Shown: positions 8,507 through 18,073, counted from the stretch's first letter. The stretch is DNA of 51,291 bases from a virus (IMGVR_UViG_3300033388_003186:1-51291); one strand, 5' to 3'. The notes: generated by a model not told the origin, from the sequence alone. Translations and numbers: made by a program.

Positions 8507-9211
8507 TTAGTCGATTAATCCAAGGCTCCTGGCCGTATCAACATTGAACCAAGTGGTGCGGCCTTCTAATCTTTCCCACTCGTCAAGTGGAGTTGTGGTA
8601 TATTCATCAAGTATCCCGAGATACTCGGCTCGAAGAAGCTCCATAAGCTCGTTCTGGCTGCGTATATCGCTCGCTGTTTCACGACCAGGCCACTTCCATA
8701 GGGCTGCCTCATGGACCATGAAGATCGTTCCAGGAAGGGCATCTCTGTGGCTCCCGACGGCCATAATGGGTACGGCTGCTGAAGCGACGATACCGGAAGC
8801 TTCAATATTGATTATCATGCCCTGTTCTTTAAATCGAATTATGTGCTGTGCCAGCGCCAGGCCGGAGAAAGCATCGCCGCCAGGAGAGTTCAGAAATATG
8901 GTTACCTCTTCAATTCCCCTACCCTGGAAAACTATCATATCATTCCATAGGCGGGTAACGTCCGCGACCGATAGGCCGGAAAACAATTTCAGATATCCAA
9001 CATCGTGCATGACCCACGATAGCTGCGAAAGTTGCGGACCCTTAAGCACGCCTGCCCTATTAATGACGCACTCTGCATCATCGATCTGGACCGTGACGGC
9101 AACGTCAATGGGTATCGGATCTGATTTCAAAACCTGGGGTGCCTGTCCGGCGCAGCCGAACATGACAATAAGTACCGTTAGACATAGTATTTTTATGCGT
9201 TTCTTGAACAT
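8507..9211 (-). CDS. ClpP/S14-like serine protease with lipoprotein signal peptide
   Basis: LNSPGG, GIVASAA (Ser), FMVHE (His); N-terminal KKR + hydrophobic + MFGC lipobox-like. Confidence 0.8.
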   Translation of the reverse strand: MFKKRIKILCLTVLIVMFGCAGQAPQVLKSDPIPIDVAVTVQIDDAECVINRAGVLKGPQLSQLSWVMHDVGYLKLFSGLSVADVTRLWNDMIVFQGRGIEEVTIFLNSPGGDAFSGLALAQHIIRFKEQGMIINIEASGIVASAAVPIMAVGSHRDALPGTIFMVHEAALWKWPGRETASDIRSQNELMELLRAEYLGILDEYTTTPLDEWERLEGRTTWFNVDTARSLGLID

Positions 9212-9214
9212 TTG

Positions 9215-9394
9215 TCACATATCTCCTATCGACTTGTATTTTATTCCCCTGGAAATTGACGGGGCCTTGACCTTGAGTCTTAAAACCCCATGGTTCCAGC
9301 ATTTCAGGCATGGATACACCTTAAGATCATAGACCCTGAGGGGTTGGTCCCAGGTGAACCCACATTTTTTAATCTTACACTTATATCTATACAT
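9215..9394 (-). CDS. FmdB-like zinc-ribbon protein (59 aa)
   Basis: MYRYKCKIKKCGFTWD...PCLKC. Confidence 0.55.
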   Translation of the reverse strand: MYRYKCKIKKCGFTWDQPLRVYDLKVYPCLKCWNHGVLRLKVKAPSISRGIKYKSIGDM

Positions 9395-9496
9395 TTCCCG
9401 CCTGAAAGTTTTAATGGCGTATTTTTCTAAGAGGTCCCAATCGCCCCTTGCGGTTTATTTTCACCGACTTGGACGGGCTTAAGTACAGGGGTGCTT

Positions 9497-10219
9497 TTAG
9501 TAGTAAATATTTGTCAGGGTCTTTTCGTCTTCGTCAAAATTTAGAGACTCAGAAATTAATTCTGCCATCACAAAAGTCTCTACCCTCTTGACATATTTAT
9601 AGACAACCCCGAGGGTAGTTATAACCCCCTTTTCCTGAAAGATAATTTCAGGGACCTGGGCCGCCGGATACCCTTTGATGAAATAGGTCTCAATGATATC
9701 CTTGGCAAGCATTGAATTCTTTATGCCTGACCCCCTAAAAATATTGTCAAGAAGTACACCCTTGAGATGTTTGGAGAAAACTATTCTCCGGTTGATCTGT
9801 TTCCTGATCCTATTTTTTGCGGATTCAATTCGCTCAAGGACGGCCTCGCTTGAGATCCCGAGTTCCTTGGCCACCTGGGAAACTCTCTTCGACTCAAAGA
9901 AAAACATATCAACGGCTTCTCTTTGTTTTGCCGTTAAGCAAAATTCATCAAGAGATTTGATCCCATAATAATCAAGATCGAACGGCCTATCGTCCGGCGG
10001 AGACCCCTGGACCAAATAGTCCATATAGGATTCGTCTCCGCACAAAACGACCGTATCGCTATCCCATGGAATACTGGACCCCTTCTCCTGGGCCTTAAGC
10101 CAATTCTCAACCAGGTCGCAGGGCTGCCCCTGTTTCGGTCCAGGCATCAAGCAAAGCTTATTCGTGCATTTATCGCAGCCCTCAGGCTCCGGCACACGCT
10201 CGCGTCGATTAATTTTCAT
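9497..10219 (-). CDS. Sigma-70 region-4-like HTH regulator with N-terminal Cys cluster
   Basis: LTAKQREAVDMFFFESKRVSQVAKELGISSEAVLERIESAKNRIRK; CDKCTNKLC...C. Confidence 0.75.
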   Translation of the reverse strand: MKINRRERVPEPEGCDKCTNKLCLMPGPKQGQPCDLVENWLKAQEKGSSIPWDSDTVVLCGDESYMDYLVQGSPPDDRPFDLDYYGIKSLDEFCLTAKQREAVDMFFFESKRVSQVAKELGISSEAVLERIESAKNRIRKQINRRIVFSKHLKGVLLDNIFRGSGIKNSMLAKDIIETYFIKGYPAAQVPEIIFQEKGVITTLGVVYKYVKRVETFVMAELISESLNFDEDEKTLTNIYY

Positions 10220-10868
10220 GGCTCATTTCCTTAATCAGGCCCCAAATTAAATCCATATAATTCTGAGTGTCAATCAGGGCATCCTTAACACTCTCGCCTT
10301 CAACCTTAAGCACACCCTTGGCGGCAAAGGTTCGAATGCGCTGGATCTTATCCTGGACCCGCAGAAGGATTCCGAGGATCGGATCAATACCGAGGTTTGT
10401 GCTTCCCCTGAAGTTGGCATAAGGATCGCCGGAGCCGCCGCGATAGTCATGATTTTTTTTCATCATGATCTCACGCCCTGCCGTGTAAAGCTCTTCCTTG
10501 CAAAAGAGCGGGTTTGGATATCCGCCGTCAAGGAATTCACGCTCTTCAGAAACCGGCTCGAAGTGCGTCCCTGGATCAAAAACAAGTGGAATGGCCACGG
10601 CCTCACGAACATCGACCTTGAGCGGGTTGACCATATCAAGCAAATGGCTGAAGGTTGTTGTCTCCAGGACCGAAGGCGGTATCCAGCAGCCGTGGGCTTC
10701 CCTGAGCCAATTCGCAAATGGCAGCATTCCCCTCGGAAAGAAAAGCTCACCGATAGAATCGCTCCTAAGCAAGTCATCGTAGGGAGCCGGAAAGACACGT
10801 TGTTGCGGACCCGCGCAGGGCAAGGTCGAAGCGTACTCTTTGATATCTTTAAATTTAAGCATATACAA
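10209..10868 (-). CDS. Nucleotide-modification-associated domain 1 (DUF1599/Nmad1, MazG-fold) protein
   Basis: KKNHDY...DPYANF...RVQDKIQRI...ESVKDALIDTQNY. Confidence 0.8.
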   Translation of the reverse strand: MYMLKFKDIKEYASTLPCAGPQQRVFPAPYDDLLRSDSIGELFFPRGMLPFANWLREAHGCWIPPSVLETTTFSHLLDMVNPLKVDVREAVAIPLVFDPGTHFEPVSEEREFLDGGYPNPLFCKEELYTAGREIMMKKNHDYRGGSGDPYANFRGSTNLGIDPILGILLRVQDKIQRIRTFAAKGVLKVEGESVKDALIDTQNYMDLIWGLIKEMSHEN

Positions 10869-10874
10869 TCCCCC

Positions 10875-11363
10875 CTAATTCACGTTTAGATCATACCAGG
10901 TCACGCCCAATGCGTATGCCTGCCATATATCTGCTACAAAACCTTTGAAGTATTTTTCACGAGCGGCATTAACCATTTTGTTTCGAGTTAATTCCTTATC
11001 AACGAATTGTTGATAAAGATCCGGCGTGAACCGCTCGATTAATCTCGTAATTATTTTACTATCATTTGTCCCCTTGTCCTGGCCTATATGCCAGCGGATC
11101 TTAGATCTGTTTATCAAGGTGAAGCTGGCAACCGAAGCCTCGCATAGTCTGCCGCTCCAGAATGCCGAGTCTGTAATTTCGCGGCCTGCCCACTTCCGGC
11201 CAACTATCTCTTCCATGGCCAATATGTCATGATCCCAATAGTCATACTCAAGGCTCTGCCGAATGTCATCATTGGCTTCCTTGTTAGACTGCTTGATCTT
11301 TAGATTTTCCATCAGGACCCATGCTGATTCGGCGGGACCTGGATCAATAGCGAGTATTCGCAT
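10875..11363 (-). CDS. RuvC-like Holliday junction resolvase
   Basis: MRILAIDPG, LAMEE, ADIWQAYALG. Confidence 0.8.
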   Translation of the reverse strand: MRILAIDPGPAESAWVLMENLKIKQSNKEANDDIRQSLEYDYWDHDILAMEEIVGRKWAGREITDSAFWSGRLCEASVASFTLINRSKIRWHIGQDKGTNDSKIITRLIERFTPDLYQQFVDKELTRNKMVNAAREKYFKGFVADIWQAYALGVTWYDLNVN

Positions 11364-11547
11364 TAACGCCTTCCTTTTGAATTCGTGCCTTTGCCTCTTC
11401 ATAGTACGGGCAAAATTCGTCGAACCGTTGATTTATGCATTGTCCGTCTTTGTTTGGCTCAAAGAAGTCACAAGTCTTCTGAACTTCTTTGCTATCCCCA
11501 GCTTCACAACTCCGCATCATTCCACCTGGGCTTGATAGGTCTGTCAT
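11344..11547 (-). CDS. Small Cys-rich protein
   Basis: 67 aa, AAAGGA RBS, four Cys. Confidence 0.5.
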   Translation of the reverse strand: MTDLSSPGGMMRSCEAGDSKEVQKTCDFFEPNKDGQCINQRFDEFCPYYEEAKARIQKEGVNANTRY

Positions 11548-11648
11548 GCTGGGTTCCTTTTGTGATAGGACGGCTTGGCCATGGCCCTCTACCGGTGCGT
11601 ACCAGGCGCATCATTCCGATAGTGCCGCCACTTATGGTTTATGGTGGT

Positions 11649-12560
11649 TTACTTTTTGTTAATTTCTCCTGTCCCTTCGTGGCGATAGCATTTTACAACC
11701 AGCGCCGGAAGCTCTGAATTTATGGCGTGGGCTGCTCCAATCCCCATTCCACCATTCGGTGCTGCCATTATTTTTCCGGCTGAGTCGGCAACTATCGAAG
11801 CGCCGCCACCAAAACCGATGTTCCAGGCAGACCCGTCGGCTGCGTCGCCGGAGTCGTAGATAATGACGGCGTGAGTGGCACCATATTTCATTGCCATTGC
11901 AGCGCCTTTGCCTTCCAGACCGGATACACTGATTTTGGAGCCGTCAGAGTAAACGTATAGGTTGCCCATGTAAACGCCATCAGAAGGAATACCTTTGATA
12001 AGATATTTCGTGGCGGGATACTTGTAGGCAAGCGCCCTGTCTATCTTTGCATCATCTGCGTCGATACCCAGGTTGTAGGCAGCCGGACCACTGAGGCCCA
12101 TGCCCTGTACCCAAAAGCTTCCGAGCGTGCGAAACTTAAAGGTTTTACCCTTTGCAAACTTGGCATCTGACTGAACCAGGGCCGGTCCCGAGATATGCTG
12201 ATAGGCGGCCTCGTAGGTATCGCCTTCAATAACCACCTTGGTATCCTGGGTAACTCCCTCGTTGTTGGCCGATTGTTTTTGGGCCATCTTCTGTCTTTGA
12301 AGTTGATCCTGGGACTGTTTGTTTTTCAGGTCAACGTCAACAATGGCCGCCGCGCCAGCGGTTGCGCTGGAGTTCGACCGGCTGGTGTTGGTAATCGAGT
12401 TATCAACATTGGTCGTTTCCGAACAGTCGATAACGAGTCCGGCGAGGTTGTGGCACCGGTTCTGATTTCCGCCAGGTCCGTCGCCGCTTTTCTTTGCCAT
12501 CGCAACCGGCGCGAAGGCCAGGGCTGCCACCATTGTCAAAATAACAAATAACTTTCTCAT
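11649..12560 (-). CDS. Secreted hypothetical protein
   Basis: Sec signal MRKLFVILTMVAALAFAPVAMA; QxQxQ low-complexity stretch; first gene after promoter copy 2. Confidence 0.75.
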   Translation of the reverse strand: MRKLFVILTMVAALAFAPVAMAKKSGDGPGGNQNRCHNLAGLVIDCSETTNVDNSITNTSRSNSSATAGAAAIVDVDLKNKQSQDQLQRQKMAQKQSANNEGVTQDTKVVIEGDTYEAAYQHISGPALVQSDAKFAKGKTFKFRTLGSFWVQGMGLSGPAAYNLGIDADDAKIDRALAYKYPATKYLIKGIPSDGVYMGNLYVYSDGSKISVSGLEGKGAAMAMKYGATHAVIIYDSGDAADGSAWNIGFGGGASIVADSAGKIMAAPNGGMGIGAAHAINSELPALVVKCYRHEGTGEINKK

Positions 12561-12604
12561 GTCTGAATCCCCCCGTTAAAGATTAACTGTTAGATTATAA
12601 TTTC

Positions 12605-12635
12605 ATTATACCACACTTCTCAGGTTTTGTTAACC
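12605..12635 (-). promoter_or_regulatory. Class II phage promoter copy 2
   Basis: ggTTAACA-aaacctgagaagtgtgg-TATAAT. Confidence 0.85.
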
Positions 12636-12642
12636 AGTTTTT

Positions 12643-13065
12643 TTAGAATGGAATATCGTCGTCAACTGGTCCGCCACCGGTTGTTCCTGGAGCGCCTGGA
12701 TAGTCTGCCTCTCTCGGCGTATGACCACCACCACCGCCCTTGTCTCCGCAGAATTCGAACTGCTCACCAACGCATTCTGTTTTGTACCGCTTTACGCCGT
12801 CCTCACCTTCCCAATTACGGGTTTGTGATCGGCCTTCGACATAGATCATCTTTCCCTTGCTGAAATATTCTCCAATGACCTCTGCCTTTTTTCCCCAAAA
12901 GACAACGGGTACCCACTCAACTTGTTCGACCTTATCTCCGGTTTCTTTGTCTTTCCAGGATCGTGAAGTAGCTACGCTGAAGTTTACTACCGCCGCACCG
13001 GACGGGGTAAATTTAACCTCAGGATCTTGTCCGAGTCTTCCCTGGATTATCCACTTGTTTGCCAT
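12643..13065 (-). CDS. ssb: Single-stranded DNA-binding protein
   Basis: NKWIIQGRLGQDPE...VYVEGR-like motif; C-terminal DDDIPF. Confidence 0.95.
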   Translation of the reverse strand: MANKWIIQGRLGQDPEVKFTPSGAAVVNFSVATSRSWKDKETGDKVEQVEWVPVVFWGKKAEVIGEYFSKGKMIYVEGRSQTRNWEGEDGVKRYKTECVGEQFEFCGDKGGGGGHTPREADYPGAPGTTGGGPVDDDIPF

Positions 13066-13081
13066 GTTACAAATCTCCCTG

Positions 13082-14059
13082 TTAGTCGTCAAATACAATC
13101 AGGCCGGTTGACCCTACCACCAATCTTTTTACTGCCTGTATATCACCCCCTCTAATCTGAACGACCGCGAAGCCGAGTTCATTGGGCGGGTATCCGGCAC
13201 GCTCGGCGTATCCTGATTCCGGCCCATAAAGTTTAAGAAAACTTCCTGTATTAACGAACCACCGATAATCTGGATGGATAAAACCGTCATGCTTTTTGGC
13301 AGAAGTATATTTCTGAATAACTTCATCGCCCTGCCCCTCAATGTAAAGCTGCGATATTGGCTTCTTTACAATGAGCTTATGCGTATGGCCCATCGACATT
13401 AACAAACAGTCACCGGCCTGTGCCTTCAGATGGTTCTTGAGGGCTATCTGCATATTAACTTTCGCACGCTCTGGCGGCTCAACCACTGAGTTTACTGACT
13501 TCCAGCCGTGTCCGACATAATGATTGAATGCAAACTGGTCATTGAATCCCCACCGCGCCGGTATTCGATATGTTATATGCGAGGTATAGGTCCCATAGTT
13601 GACGCCGAGTTGGCGGCATAGCTCGGCTGTGAGGTCGCCGTAGGCATGGAGCCGCTGGGGATGGTTGCCGTCCAGGATCATGAGCATATGTTCAGCGATA
13701 GGCATCCGGTTCTTGACGGCTTGGTCAAGCTGGGCCATGGCGTTATCCTTTTTGACCTGGCGCTTTGTTTTGATATTGCTCTCGTTAAACCGCACGCCAT
13801 CGTTTAGAACGTCCTCGTAAACTTCCACATTATTCGACTGATACCGGAAGTCATTTATGAGGATCGCTTCCATAAAGTCACCGTGGTCGATGACCTTGTT
13901 CTGGCTGATCGGCAGTCCATCCCACCGAGAGGTCACCATATCAACCATCATATCCCAGCCGTTCTTATGCCGGTTGGCCGATCCCTCGTGGTCGTCGCTT
14001 ATCAGGAACAGGTTACAATCCTCGTGCGGCAACGTAAAGTCAAATCTAAGCATATTCAT
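13082..14059 (-). CDS. Calcineurin-like metallophosphoesterase
   Basis: SDDH, GDFME, GNH, GHG, GHTH, NTGSF motifs. Confidence 0.85.
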   Translation of the reverse strand: MNMLRFDFTLPHEDCNLFLISDDHEGSANRHKNGWDMMVDMVTSRWDGLPISQNKVIDHGDFMEAILINDFRYQSNNVEVYEDVLNDGVRFNESNIKTKRQVKKDNAMAQLDQAVKNRMPIAEHMLMILDGNHPQRLHAYGDLTAELCRQLGVNYGTYTSHITYRIPARWGFNDQFAFNHYVGHGWKSVNSVVEPPERAKVNMQIALKNHLKAQAGDCLLMSMGHTHKLIVKKPISQLYIEGQGDEVIQKYTSAKKHDGFIHPDYRWFVNTGSFLKLYGPESGYAERAGYPPNELGFAVVQIRGGDIQAVKRLVVGSTGLIVFDD

Positions 14060-14330
14060 TCCTTTCCCTGCAATTCAGGCAATGTTTTAGGTTTTTGTCT
14101 GCATCTATATCAAGCGCCTTTGAGCATCTCCGGCACCTGTATTCAGATTCATATTTGTCTTTTCTTTCCTGGTTCTTTTCAAGCTCGCGTTCATAATAGG
14201 CCCTATCCTTGGCTCTCTTATTTCGCATATAAACAACGTTAGCATCAAGGTGGGGCCTACACTTGCTGTAACCTTTAATCGTCTCCCTATGGCACGATTC
14301 CTTGCAGCATTCGACCATTATTCGCCCCAT
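14046..14330 (-). CDS. Small Cys-rich (zinc-binding) protein
   Basis: CCKESC, C..H, CRRC, CLNC. Confidence 0.6.
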   Translation of the reverse strand: MGRIMVECCKESCHRETIKGYSKCRPHLDANVVYMRNKRAKDRAYYERELEKNQERKDKYESEYRCRRCSKALDIDADKNLKHCLNCRERNEYA

Positions 14331-15658
14331 CCCCGTCCGTCTTCTCGACCGAAGGCTATGTTGACGAAGCTCGCTGTATCAGGATGAAACTGAACCGTAC
14401 TATTTCCGGTAGGTCCATTGCGCTGCTTCAATGTCATTATGTCGGTTTGGTGCATAATTTCCTCTTCGAGTTCGTAATAGCCAGGGCGGTAAAGAAATGA
14501 ACACACATCAGCGTCTTGCTCAATGTTACCGGATTCCCTGAGGTCTGAAAGCATAGGCTTCTTGTCCGGCCTCTGTTCGAGCTTCCGGTTCAGTTGGCTC
14601 AGTACCATTACAGGAATGTCAAGGTCTTTCGCCATCGCTTTAAATCCGGCGGTCATAACCCCTAATTCGGTATTTCGATTGTCGCCCGTATCCCCCTGGA
14701 CCAACTGAAGATGGTCGATTATAACGAGTTCGATCCCATATTTTACCTTGTATTTCCTGGCCCGTCTTTTAATCTCCATCCAATGAAGGGCCGCCGTATC
14801 GTCGATATAGAGAGGGTAAGAGTGTAGCTTGTCCTGAGATCGTTTAACCTGGTCCATCTCAGAGGCGGTAAATCCACCGGATCTAAATTTATTCGTGTTC
14901 ACACCAGAATCAAAGGCTATTGCCTTGTCCCTAAGCTGCGCCTTGCTCATTTCTAAAGAGAAGATCGCAACGGGAGTGCCGTCTGAGGCCACGTTGAATG
15001 CCACCTGGAGCGCGAGCGAGGTCTTCCCCATACTTGGCCGAGCAGCCAAAATAATTAGATCTGTTTTCTGCATACCACACAAAACGCCATCCCAATGATG
15101 GAAGCCGGTTGCGAGTCCGGTTATTTGTTTACCACGCTCATAAAGCATATCGTAATAGTCAAAGCTGTCCTGGATGATCTCGGAGAACGACGCGACCGAC
15201 TCTTTCTGCATACCATATCCGAGTTCGAAAATCTCTTGCTGAAAGCGGTCTATCGTTTCCCTGGCGTCACCGCCGTCCTTATAGCATCGCTTCGTGATTG
15301 CATTACAAATCTCAATGCCCTTCCTGAGGGCATACTTCTCGCGGATCTTTAGGATATAATGCTCAAGGTCGGTCGGTACCGGACAGTCAACAAGCTTGGC
15401 GAGGCCAACGCCACCGCCGATCTGCGCGAGAAGGTCTCGCTCTTTCGCTATCTGGTGGACCGCAACCAGGTCCGGCGTAATGCCCTTGGCAACAAGTTCA
15501 GCTATGATTCCAAATATTTTTGAGTTGGGTCCAGAATAAAAGTGGTGGGCCTGAAGGCTATCGACAATATCAAGGACTTCTGACGGCAGCAAGAGGGCCG
15601 CCGAGAGAACGCTGTCCTCAAAGTCCTGTACGTTTGGTGCCTGTTTAAAATCATCCAT
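14318..15658 (-). CDS. dnaB: Replicative DNA helicase DnaB
   Basis: AARPSMGKT, FSLEMS, IIDHLQL, LSQLNR, LRESGNIEQDAD, KQRNGPTG. Confidence 0.97.
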   Translation of the reverse strand: MDDFKQAPNVQDFEDSVLSAALLLPSEVLDIVDSLQAHHFYSGPNSKIFGIIAELVAKGITPDLVAVHQIAKERDLLAQIGGGVGLAKLVDCPVPTDLEHYILKIREKYALRKGIEICNAITKRCYKDGGDARETIDRFQQEIFELGYGMQKESVASFSEIIQDSFDYYDMLYERGKQITGLATGFHHWDGVLCGMQKTDLIILAARPSMGKTSLALQVAFNVASDGTPVAIFSLEMSKAQLRDKAIAFDSGVNTNKFRSGGFTASEMDQVKRSQDKLHSYPLYIDDTAALHWMEIKRRARKYKVKYGIELVIIDHLQLVQGDTGDNRNTELGVMTAGFKAMAKDLDIPVMVLSQLNRKLEQRPDKKPMLSDLRESGNIEQDADVCSFLYRPGYYELEEEIMHQTDIMTLKQRNGPTGNSTVQFHPDTASFVNIAFGREDGRGWGE

Positions 15659-16532
15659 CGATTCTTTTCCTTATGGCTTTAAGCGAATATGGTTTATGGT
15701 CTGGACAATGTAAACGAAGCTGAGATATAAGGCTTTCATAACCGAATTCCTCACCAGGGCTGCCGAGGTAACCCCTAACGAATTCATTGTAAAACTGATC
15801 GCGCTTTGAATTCTTAGAAGCTTTCTTGACAAAATATTCAGGGTTCATCTCCTTGGCATTCGCTATCCAGGTCTGCCAGGTACGATACCAATCGGCCCAC
15901 TCGCTGCCTCGCTTCAGATGGTTCCTGCAAAAATCCTCAAAGATTGGCCGGATCTCGACGACGATCCCCTTCTTCTTGGCCCATGCTTCAAAATTTTCAG
16001 GAACGGAACTTGAGTTCTCATACAGGTCCTCAAGTTCACTTGGCAATGGAGTCGGTTTTGCCTTTGTTTTTTTCTTTGGCTTTGCCGGTTTTTTCTTTAG
16101 TATTTCTTTTTCTACCTCTACCTCTACCTCTTGTAGGCTTACGGTAGGCTTATTTGAATTTCGGTTGTCTCGTAGTTTCAGTAGTTTAGGAACTTTCATT
16201 TTCAAAACGTTTTCGTTATGTTCCTGAAACGTTTCCGGTTTGTTTCCGAAACGTTCTGGAAACGGGACGCCTTCTACCCACCCCAGCATTGTAGTCTTTC
16301 GTACAAGAAAATACAGGAAAGGAAGCACTCTTTTTGGTTTTCCAGATAGCAACTCACACCAATCCCCAATAGACATTTCAAGGCTGCATCTACTATCTCT
16401 TCGTTCCATTTTTTCCGACACGGCTTCAACAAGCAGCCAATAGCGAGCAAGACCTTCAAGCCCATACTTCCGCTTGAGAAGCTTTAAAAACTCGCTGTTT
16501 CGAGCATCTGAAAAATGCTTAAACCATCTCAT
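15651..16532 (-). CDS. Phage replication initiator (lambda O/DnaD-like layout)
   Basis: MRWFKH...KYGLEGLARYWLLVE N-terminus; QEVEVEVEKE linker; DW..TWQTWI C-domain; directly upstream of dnaB. Confidence 0.8.
   Translation of the reverse strand: MRWFKHFSDARNSEFLKLLKRKYGLEGLARYWLLVEAVSEKMERRDSRCSLEMSIGDWCELLSGKPKRVLPFLYFLVRKTTMLGWVEGVPFPERFGNKPETFQEHNENVLKMKVPKLLKLRDNRNSNKPTVSLQEVEVEVEKEILKKKPAKPKKKTKAKPTPLPSELEDLYENSSSVPENFEAWAKKKGIVVEIRPIFEDFCRNHLKRGSEWADWYRTWQTWIANAKEMNPEYFVKKASKNSKRDQFYNEFVRGYLGSPGEEFGYESLISQLRLHCPDHKPYSLKAIRKRIDG
16204..16264. repeat. Iterons / putative replication origin inside the initiator gene
   Basis: AAACGTT at 16205, 16227 and 16249 (22-bp period) with intervening GTT(T)CC half-sites; AT-rich tract at about 16055-16110. 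Confidence 0.7.
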
Positions 16533-16942
16533 TAGTATTCCACCTTTTTAGGATCTGGAATATTTAGGTTTAGGAATTCCGCAGCCCACCGCCGGACGGT
16601 CTCAATATACTCCGTGAACTCAACGGTTGAAAGGTTTGCGGTACTCGGCACCGTGGGGAACTCAACGCCCCCGATCATGTTCTTTTCGTATCCAAGGAAC
16701 TGCATGGCCAGGGACTTATGGACGGCATTTTTATCGGACTCTCCGATATGCCTGGCGATATAATCAATGACGATTCCCCAATAATATTTATTCTGCCTGT
16801 CGGTTCTGATAACCCGAACCGCCCTGATTATCTCGTCATACCACCAATCGTGCTTCAACGTCAATAGGGACTTGTCGAAGCTGGCCTGGTCTTCGCGCTT
16901 CAAGATCCCATGAACAATTTTGATTCTGTGAATTGGAAACAT
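16532..16942 (-). CDS. NinB/YbcN-like recombination protein
   Basis: RTDRQNKYYWG...STANLSTVEFTEYIE...LNIPDP. Confidence 0.75.
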   Translation of the reverse strand: MFPIHRIKIVHGILKREDQASFDKSLLTLKHDWWYDEIIRAVRVIRTDRQNKYYWGIVIDYIARHIGESDKNAVHKSLAMQFLGYEKNMIGGVEFPTVPSTANLSTVEFTEYIETVRRWAAEFLNLNIPDPKKVEY

Positions 16943-16959
16943 TTTTATCCTCTTCTTTT

Positions 16960-16991
16960 AGTATAGCACATTCCTCAGGTTTTGTTAACCC
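16960..16991 (-). promoter_or_regulatory. Class II phage promoter copy 3
   Basis: gggTTAACA-aaacctgaggaatgtgc-TATACT. Confidence 0.85.
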
Positions 16992-17332
16992 AGGTCTGTT
17001 TGGTGGTCAACAATATCCCTGGCGGATCTCGGTATCTGAATATTAATTTCAGGATCTTCGTGGATACTCTCCGCTGTTATTCCGACTGCCTCTAAGTTCC
17101 GGCGCAGCTTTACCATGGCTTTGCGGCAAATCTTGCTCGCGGTAACCTTACTAAAATTAAGCTCGTCACCGATCTCCTGGAGTGTCATGGCCGGTCGATT
17201 CATAACCTCGGGCCACTCGGCATGGAATTCCTTCTGCTCGTCCTGGGGTACGAATTGCTTGTTGTTTTTATACCACTCAGCTTCAAGCTCTTTCGGGTCC
17301 CATATCACTTTTGATCCTGGCCATTCTGTCAT
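16985..17332 (-). CDS. Stand-alone sigma-70 region-4-like HTH protein
   Basis: MTLQEIGDELNFSKVTASKICRKAMVKLRR. Confidence 0.75.
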   Translation of the reverse strand: MTEWPGSKVIWDPKELEAEWYKNNKQFVPQDEQKEFHAEWPEVMNRPAMTLQEIGDELNFSKVTASKICRKAMVKLRRNLEAVGITAESIHEDPEINIQIPRSARDIVDHQTDLG

Positions 17333-17727
17333 ATTAAATTCCCCCTAAGAAAAGACTCGTGAATACTGAAAACAGCGCCATTAAAATCAACCAGACATAT
17401 CCTATATATTTTGTTGGTCGTCTCATTACTCCCCCCTTATCAGCCTGGCGATATGCCAAACGAAAAGGCCAAGGCCGCACGCGACCACACCTATTTGGCA
17501 GGCGAACGCAGCGTACTTGGCTATTGCGATTATTGTTGGATTCATCCTTCCCCCCTTAGTAAATGGTTATCCAAAATCCGTGGGTATCTACCTCGCTCGT
17601 GAACCGCTGGCCGTGGTACTTCAGGCCGGTCACGAATTCTGCCATCAGCATCATCTGGTCATTTCTGAAAAATACTTTTCCCATAATTCCCCCCTCTTGG
17701 TTTTGGTTTTCCTTCATGCCTTTAATA

Positions 17728-17756
17728 AGTGTAACATGAAGGAAAACTAATGTCAA
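17728..17756 (-). promoter_or_regulatory. Class I sigma70 promoter overlapped by 13-bp inverted repeat
   Basis: TTGACA-17bp-TACACT with TG extension; gttttccttcatg/catgaaggaaaac at 17706-17747. Confidence 0.7.
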
Positions 17757-17764
17757 GAAGATTT

Positions 17765-18073
17765 TTAGATTAGCTGGAAGTTAATCTCCTGGACCGTGAT
17801 AGCAACGGCTTCCTGGTTGAATAGAGACTTGTATTCCTCGGCAATGGCTGAAATCTTGGAAGCATTCTCGTATGCCTTCTCGTGGATGATTTCGACAACA
17901 AATGACATTTCCTTGACACCTTTCCACATACCGTATGCTTCAAAGTAGGTGTACCCATCAAAATATTTGTCGATAACCTTCTCACGAAAGTCCATCAATT
18001 CAAAATAGGTTACCTCACTTGCTCCGCCTGGGCCGGAGATTGTCCGACCAAAATACATCGTGGTTTTAATCAT
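17765..18073 (-). CDS. Putative SAM lyase (T3 SAMase/DUF3574-like)
   Basis: YFGR...FDGYTYFEAYGMWKGVKEMS...YKSLFNQEAV; start MIKTT after AAGGGG. Confidence 0.65.
   Translation of the reverse strand: MIKTTMYFGRTISGPGGASEVTYFELMDFREKVIDKYFDGYTYFEAYGMWKGVKEMSFVVEIIHEKAYENASKISAIAEEYKSLFNQEAVAITVQEINFQLI

Noticed and set aside
8507-9211. Prohead maturation protease
   Set aside because: Signal peptide present and no neighbouring portal or capsid genes
8544-9332. 262-aa plus-strand ORF and other long antisense ORFs (e.g. 21268-22134, those within 29048-42838)
   Set aside because: They shadow well-supported genes on the opposite strand and have no RBS or motifs
16108-16131. CTCTAC microsatellite as a contingency locus
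   Set aside because: Encodes the in-frame EVEVEVE linker commonly seen in phage initiators
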